DNA of 64,000 nt from an uncultured Actinomycetes bacterium (GTDB lineage Bacteria > Actinomycetota > Thermoleophilia > UBA2241), in contig CAVRZA010000001.1 in NCBI GenBank assembly GCA_963725665.1, positions 416,001 through 480,000 on the forward strand. The letters are read 5' to 3'. Every line of letters begins with the position of its first letter. Position 1 is the first letter of the stretch. Below the pieces are notes generated by a model, which saw only the letters and a list, made by a program, of their open reading frames with translations, was not told the DNA's origin and ran no database searches. Of this stretch, positions 58,155 through 64,000 are shown piece by piece. The translations under genes were made by a program, and so were the position numbers.

Positions 58155-59564
58155 ATGGCGACCCCGGCTCGCTCGGCGCTCGATCCCCTCTCGGAGTTCG
58201 AGGCCGGCTTTCATGGCACCCTTGTGCCCCCCGGCCAGAACGGCTACGAGGAGGCGCGCGCGGTATGGAACGGCATGATCGACAAGCGCCCGCGCGCGGT
58301 GGCACAGTGCAGCGACGTCGAAGACGTCGTACGTGCAGTCGATTTCGCCCGCCGCTACGGCTGGCCCCTCGCCGTACGCGGCGGCGGTCACAACGTCGCC
58401 GGACTGGCGACCTGTGAGGGCGGGCTCGTGCTCGATCTCTCGGCGATGAACGGCGTCGAGGTCGACTCCCAGACCAGGCGGGCGCGCGTCCAAGGCGGCG
58501 CGATCTGGCGGGACGTCGATGCGGCGACGCAACCGCACGGGCTCGCCGCATCGGCAGGGCTGGTGTCGCAGACCGGTGTGGCCGGCCTCACCCTCGGCGG
58601 AGGCATCGGCTGGCTGCGCCGCAAGTACGGCCTGAGCTGCGACAACCTCCTCTCCGCCGAACTCGTGACCGCCGCCGGCGAGCGCGTGCACGCGAGCGAG
58701 CGTGAGAACCCCGAGCTGCTGTGGGCTCTGCGCGGCGGCGGCGGCAACTTCGGCGTCGTGACAACCTTCGAGTTCGCGCTGCACCCGGTGGGCCCCGAGA
58801 TCGCCTACGCGCTGGTCTTCTTTGACGGCGCGCAGACGGTGCAGGGCCTGCGCGGCTTTCGCGAGCTGGCGCGGTCGCTGCCTGACGAGATCGCGCCAGT
58901 CCTGTTCACGGGAGCCGTGCCAGAGGCCGAGGGCATCCCGGCCGAGATCGTGGGCAAGCCCATGCTGGCCGCCGCCGCCGTGTACGTCGGCCCGCCCGAG
59001 GAGGGCGAGGAGCGGCTACGCTCGCTGCGTGACCTCGCCACGCCGCTGGCGGACCTAAGCGGCCGCATGCCGTACGTCGACATCCAGCAGTTCCTGGACG
59101 AGGACTACCCGCGTGGCCGCCGCTACTACTGGAAGTCGGCGACCATCGGCGAGTTGAGCGACGAGGTCATCGACATCGTCGCCGACTTCGCGGCGCGCCA
59201 GCCCTCGCCCATCAGCACCATCGACGTGTGGCTGATGGGTGGCGCCCTGCGCCGCGAGCCGCCGGGCGGAGCCGCCTACAGCGGGCGCGAGGCGGGCTTC
59301 CAGGTGAATCCGGAGGCCGACTGGGACGACCCAGCGATGGACGACGCCAACGTCGGCTGGGCGCGGGGCATCATCGAGGCGTTGAAGCCGCACACGGTCG
59401 GCACGTACCTGAACTTCCCCGGCATGCTCGAGGAAGGCGAGCAGCAGCTGCGCCTGAGCTTCGGGCCGCACTACGAGCGCCTCACCCAGGTCAAGCGGCG
59501 CTGGGACCCGGACAACCTGTTCCGACTGAACCACAACGTCCCGCCAGCGACCGCGGCACCCTGA
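58155..59564 (+). CDS. FAD-binding oxidoreductase (BBE-like)
   Basis: RGGGH (covalent FAD His), GLTLGGGIG, GGGGNFGVV, KRRWDPDNLF. Confidence 0.93.
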   Translation: MATPARSALDPLSEFEAGFHGTLVPPGQNGYEEARAVWNGMIDKRPRAVAQCSDVEDVVRAVDFARRYGWPLAVRGGGHNVAGLATCEGGLVLDLSAMNGVEVDSQTRRARVQGGAIWRDVDAATQPHGLAASAGLVSQTGVAGLTLGGGIGWLRRKYGLSCDNLLSAELVTAAGERVHASERENPELLWALRGGGGNFGVVTTFEFALHPVGPEIAYALVFFDGAQTVQGLRGFRELARSLPDEIAPVLFTGAVPEAEGIPAEIVGKPMLAAAAVYVGPPEEGEERLRSLRDLATPLADLSGRMPYVDIQQFLDEDYPRGRRYYWKSATIGELSDEVIDIVADFAARQPSPISTIDVWLMGGALRREPPGGAAYSGREAGFQVNPEADWDDPAMDDANVGWARGIIEALKPHTVGTYLNFPGMLEEGEQQLRLSFGPHYERLTQVKRRWDPDNLFRLNHNVPPATAAP

Positions 59565-59788
59565 CGCGCGAGAAGCCGAGCGGTCATGATCCGCGCATGG
59601 GCGCGGGGCCATTCCTCGATCCCTGAGGAGGATCGACCGAGGCCGAGGGGACGAGTCGCTGGGATCTTCGCGCCCACCGTGCTGCGTCGTCGATAGCTGG
59701 AGCTGCGCTGGAAGCGATGGAGGCGGCCCTCCGCGGCGAGTGCGGGTTCTGGTGGGGAGAAGCTGTTGGACGGGCTCACGAGCGCGTC

Positions 59789-59888
59789 TCAGCCCTGAGC
59801 GAACACCAGCCCCGCGATCAGCGCCGTTGCCTCCTCCTGCAGAGCGGGGATGGCGTGGCTGTATGTGTCGAGGATGCTCTGCACGGTC
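59789..59888 (-). pseudogene. Tyrosine integrase 3' remnant, family B copy 3
   Basis: TVQSILDTYSHAIPALQEEATALIAGLVFAQG*. Confidence 0.82.
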
Positions 59889-59942
59889 CGGCGGGAAGAA
59901 ACGAGGAGTTGGCCAAGGTCCATGCTTGGCCAGGAGGGCGAC

Positions 59943-60860
59943 ATGACCCGCTACGAGATCATCGAGGCGCCCAGCGTCCTCGGCCTCTTTCCCAAGGGCG
60001 TTGAACACCTCCCCCAGGCCTTGCTCGATGCCGGGCTCGTGGACCGGCTGGCCGCGGCCCGCGGACCTCTGGTCACGCCGCCTGCCTACCACGGCGAGCG
60101 CGACGCCGAGAGCGGCTTGCTCAACGCGACGGCACTCGCCGACTACGCCCGCGCGCTGGCCGATGAGGTCGGTTCCGTGCTATCGAGGCGCGCGTTCCCG
60201 ATCGTGCTCGGCGGTGACTGCAGCATCCTGCTGGGATCGCTCCTGGCGCTGCGCCGGCGCGGACGCTACGGCCTGCTCTTCCTCGACGGCCACGCCGACT
60301 TTGCCCATCCCAGCGAGGAGCCGTCCGGCGAGGCTGCCTCCATGGACCTGGCGCTGGTCACCGGCCGCGGCCCGCGCGTCGTGGCAGATATCGACGGTTG
60401 CGGTCCGCTCGTGCGCGACGATGACGTCGCGCTCCTCGGCTACCGGGTCTTCACGGATGGCACCGATCGGCACCTCGGCACGCACGTGCGCGACACGGCC
60501 ATCCTCGTCGACGACCTCAACGACATCCGTCGTGACGGCTTGACTGCCGCCCTCGAAGCGTCTCTGGCGCGAGTCGCGCGCGACGACCTCAGCGGTTTCT
60601 TCGTGCACCTCGACGCGGACGTCCTCGACGATGCCGTCATGCCTGCCGTCGACTACCGCACCCCCGGCGGCTTGCAGTTCAGCGAGGTCGCGCGGATCGT
60701 GAGCGCGGCACTCACTACCGGCAAGGCCGTGGGTCTGGAGCTCACCATCTTCAATCCGGCTCTCGACCCGGACGGCTCGCTCGCACGCGAGCTCGTCGAT
60801 ATGCTCGTCGCCGGGTTGAGCGCAAGCGACGCGCACCAAGGGGGCGCGTTGGGTCGATGA
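59943..60860 (+). CDS. Arginase/ureohydrolase family protein
   Basis: GGDCS, DGHADF, HLDADVLD, ELTIFNP. Confidence 0.9.
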   Translation: MTRYEIIEAPSVLGLFPKGVEHLPQALLDAGLVDRLAAARGPLVTPPAYHGERDAESGLLNATALADYARALADEVGSVLSRRAFPIVLGGDCSILLGSLLALRRRGRYGLLFLDGHADFAHPSEEPSGEAASMDLALVTGRGPRVVADIDGCGPLVRDDDVALLGYRVFTDGTDRHLGTHVRDTAILVDDLNDIRRDGLTAALEASLARVARDDLSGFFVHLDADVLDDAVMPAVDYRTPGGLQFSEVARIVSAALTTGKAVGLELTIFNPALDPDGSLARELVDMLVAGLSASDAHQGGALGR

Positions 60861-60890
60861 ACTGACCTTGAGCGGCGCGGTCGGTACCTA

Positions 60891-60977
60891 CTAGTCCGCG
60901 AACACCAGCCCCGCGATCAGCGCGGCGGCCTCCTCCTGCATCGCCGGGATGGCGTGCGAGTAGGTGTCCAGGGTGAT
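60891..60977 (-). pseudogene. Tyrosine integrase 3' remnant, family B copy 4
   Basis: ITLDTYSHAIPAMQEEAAALIAGLVFAD*. Confidence 0.85.
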
Positions 60978-61003
60978 AGGACGCGAACCCGGTGCGTCGG
61001 GCA

Positions 61004-61859
61004 CTAGGGCGTAACGCTGGACCCTAGAGTTCCGGAGGAGTCCGAAACGGCGCGGCGTCCTCTCGGGCGTGTGCTAAACGTCTCGAGCACGAGGGCCAGG
61101 GCGATACCGCCGACGAGTCCGCCCAAGAGCCCCACAGCAGCAGCGGTCTTGGGGCGCGGTGCGTAGGGCCCAGCCGGCGCGGTCGCAGGCAGCACAATCG
61201 TGGTAGTCGCCCGTCGCCGCCTCCGCCGCCTTGGCAAGGTCCTGCAGCCGCGCCTCAAGAGCGAAGTAGTCGGGCGAGCGCCGCGACTGAGGCGAGGAGA
61301 ACGCCTTCAGCCTCTCCCTTATGACCTTCTGGGCGTTGGCGATTTGAGCAAGCTGCTGGTCTCTGCTCAACTCGACGATGGCCCGGCCATAGGCGTTGGC
61401 TACGTCGGCAGACTCTGCCGCACTGGGACTCGTCGCGGAGAGGTTGAGCTGATTGACGACCTGACCGTTGTAAATGCTTGTGGCACCGCCGCCGACCAGT
61501 TCGGCAGAGACCCGGTAGGGTAGGCGCGGAGTGCTGCCGAGGATGCGCTCTGCCCTTGCGACAACGGCGGGATTCGAAACGATGCCAGCGGCGCTCGTGT
61601 AGAGGGCGGGCGCCGGCGCAGCCTGGGGCGCGGGCTGCGACGCGGGAGTGATGAATAACGGGTTGCGGGGGACCATCGGGGGCTGGTAGATCATGACGAC
61701 GGTCGCCCGGTACATGGGCGTCTCTCGCAGCGCCAGACCGTAGGCGCCGAGAGTGGCAAGGGCCGCCACTCCAAGCACGGCCCACTTCCAGCGCCACAGC
61801 ACGCGTGGGAAGCCGCGGAAGCTCAACCCTTCTGGCCGGTCCCTGGTACCCTGCGCCAT
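61004..61859 (-). CDS. Wzz/polysaccharide co-polymerase-like protein (frameshift near 61200)
   Basis: VLWRWKW + TM, PMYRAT, AADVANAYGRA-like helix, then PATAPAGPYAPRP + second TM in another frame. Confidence 0.7.
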
Positions 61860-62166
61860 GTGCTTCTCCTGCGGAGGCTCTCGTAGCAGTGTACCTCATC
61901 GCGAATCCGTGGAGGCGGTGAAGGCTGCGCGACGTCTCCTTGTCAGGCGCGCTCTGGCCTGTGCAGGTTCACCCGGCCCGACGAGGAGCGGCCTCGCGGC
62001 GACGCCGGAGGGTCTTCACGCCACGGTCACCGCAACCGTGGCGGCGCCGGCTAGCGCACGGTACCAGCGCGTTGCCGGCCCACTCTCCAATCCCAAGTCT
62101 GGAGACCGCCGCTGTGGGGGACACCCCGGTCAGCGTCGCACCGCGTCGTCCTTGTGGGGGAACGGC

Positions 62167-63417
62167 CTACCTGGCCGCGAACACCAGCCCGGCGATCAGC
62201 GCTGCCGCCTCCTCCTGCATCGCCGGGATGGCGTGCGAGTAGGTGTCGAGCGTGATCGAGACGGTGGCGTGGCCGAGGCGTTCTGAGACGACCTTGGGAT
62301 GCACGCCGGCCTGCAGGGCCAGGGTCGCGTGCGTGTGGCGCAGGTCGTGCAGCCTGATCTGCGGCAGCATCGCCTTCTTGACGGCCTGACGCCAGTAGCG
62401 TGAGACGTCCTCGGGGTCGAGGGCCTCGCCGTTCTCGAGCGTGAAGACGAGGCCCGTCTCGACCCAGCCCTCCTCCCACTCGCTCTGCTCGTCGAGCTGG
62501 CGCTGAGCCTGGGCCTTCAGGACCTCGACGGTGGCCGGGTCGAGGGCGATGACGCGGCGGCCCTTGGCCGTCTTGGGCTCGCTCACGACGACCTCGCCCT
62601 TGATGGGGATGAGGGCGCGACGCACGGAGAGACGCGCGTTCTCGAGGTCGACGTCGCCCAGCGCAGGCCGAGGGCTTCGCCGCGCCTCATGCCGGTCATG
62701 GCGATCAGGTGCCAGAGGGCGTGGAGGCGGTCGTCCTTCACCGAGTCGAGGAACGCCTTCAGCTGCTCCTTGGTCCAGGTCTGCATCTCCTTCGTGCCGT
62801 CGCCGTTGCCGCGCGGCGGGTCGGCGGCATCGAGCGGGTTGCGTGCGATGTAGCCCCATCTGACCGCGTCCTTGCACGCCTTGTGCAGACAGGAGTGCAC
62901 GTGGTGGATGGTCATGGGGGAGAGGCCCTTCTTGCCGTCCTTCTTGCCGTTCTCGACGAGCTTGGCGTAGAGAGCGTTGACCTGCGATCCGGTGAGCTTG
63001 GCCAGCTTCATGGCGCCGATGTGCGGCACGATGTGGTAGTCGACGTGCTGCATGTAGGAGTTGTAGGTGGAAGGGCGGATGGTCGCCTTCACCGCCGGCA
63101 GCCACTCCTTGGTCAGGTACTCCTTCACGGTCATCTTGGTCGGCGGCGGTAGGTCTGCTGCTCGACGGCCACCAGGAGCTTGTTCATCGCCGCCTGGCAC
63201 TCCTTCTGCGTGGCGAAGCCGCCCTTGATCGCGCCGGCGCTCGCTCGATGCTCTCTGCGAGTTCGCCACCACATCTGGGGCACGACGTCTTCGGTCTTGC
63301 GCTCCACCCAGTAGCCGCTTCTTGCAGGCTCGGGCAGCGCTGGGCGTCGTGCATGCCGACGTCGACGATGTACTCCCAGCTGCCGGGGTCACCGCGTTTG
63401 CGGACGTGGCCTCTCAC
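62167..63417 (-). mobile_element. Tyrosine integrase, family B, near full length with several frameshifts
   Basis: MRGHVRKRG N-arm, MTVKEYL..W core, TGMRRGEALGL, PKT, HDLRHTHA, LGH, LDTYSH. Confidence 0.9.
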
Positions 63418-63740
63418 TGCTCGGCATCCTTCGCACTGGTGGGACTATGCGCTTGGCTGTCGTGACTCGGGCACTCGCCCGCCTTGCCTGGCACAGCCGG
63501 CCCCAGCAGTCCCATTTCGCGCGCGCGCTGCACCCAGCGGCGCAGCGTGGAGAGCGAGACGTACCGCTGCTCCTGCATGTAGGCGTAGGGGTTTGTGGGA
63601 TGTCGCAGCAGGCCCTCCCTGTAGAGAGCGGCGATGTCCTCGTAGAACGGGGGCTCGTACGCGCGTCGACCGCTCCGAGCGGGGCGCTTGGCAGGTGGCG
63701 CGGGCTCCGCGAGCAGCTGGGCTAGGCCGAGCAGGCGGGC
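63414..63740 (-). CDS. HTH protein coupled to the integrase (5' part frameshifted or uncertain)
   Basis: Manual translation FYEDIAALYREGLLRHPTNPYAYMQEQRYVSLSTLRRWVQRAREMGLLGPAVPGKAG...EQ*; stop overlaps the integrase GTG. Confidence 0.55.
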   Translation of the reverse strand, partial: ARLLGLAQLLAEPAPPAKRPARSGRRAYEPPFYEDIAALYREGLLRHPTNPYAYMQEQRYVSLSTLRRWVQRAREMGLLGPAVPGKAGECPSHDSQAHSPTSAKDAEQ

Positions 63741-64000
63741 TCGTCGAACCGACCTACGTCGGACACTCAGGATTCGAGTTCAGGAGATGAGGACGGAGGA
63801 CGCAATGGAACCGCGAGTTCTCAGTGGAGGGAGGGCGCACCCACCTCTCCCATCTCCACGTGCAACCACCCTGCAACCCACTAGTCCCCAGAGGCTGCCC
63901 GAGTCGACATGAGGTGTCCGGGCGGAGAGGCCTCCCCCGGCCCGCGGAGGGTATCTCCGTCACGCTGTGAATGGCCATGAGGGGCCTCCCCGGTGGCATG

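Noticed and set aside
59565-59788. Additional integrase remnant
   Set aside because: Only faint similarity (EGRLH, PLGL), too degenerate to support without an alignment.
57074-62166. Classical integron
   Set aside because: No attC-like palindromes with RYYYAAC/GTTRRRY ends were seen, and the integrase is ICE/phage-type rather than IntI.

Overview
High-GC (roughly 70% by eye) bacterial chromosome segment. Gene content (IleRS2, GT87, Zur box, DUF5679, apparent leaderless starts, IOR/AOR anaerobic enzymes) suggests an anaerobic or facultative Actinomycetota, possibly Thermoleophilia-like; this is inference only. Positions 1-45.6 kb are mostly core genes: iorAB-ACT-paaK-aor, lsrF-like/ADH, PBP1A, tatA/tatC, a 15-kb nuo operon, ymdB, ileS, trxBA, ask-asd, nadE, an ECF sigma pair and glnA. 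Positions 45.6-64 kb are an accessory region centred on tRNA-Arg(CCT). Main result: the complex I operon follows the 11-subunit order (A-B-C-D-H-I-J-K-L-M-N), but nuoI is split. Its N-half is fused to a NuoE/HydC-like subunit, and its C-half is fused to the end of a NuoG-like/GltD(NfnB)-like flavoprotein, with a HydB-type NuoF in between. An Stn/NfnABC-like electron-bifurcating NAD(P)H module therefore appears to be inserted into nuoI and covalently wired to the proton-pumping arm. Second result: on both sides of the tRNA, cargo genes alternate with repeated remnants (mostly 3' ends) of two tyrosine-integrase families, all pointing toward the tRNA. Several single-base frameshifts, including one in nuoM, suggest assembly indel errors, so pseudogene calls are tentative.
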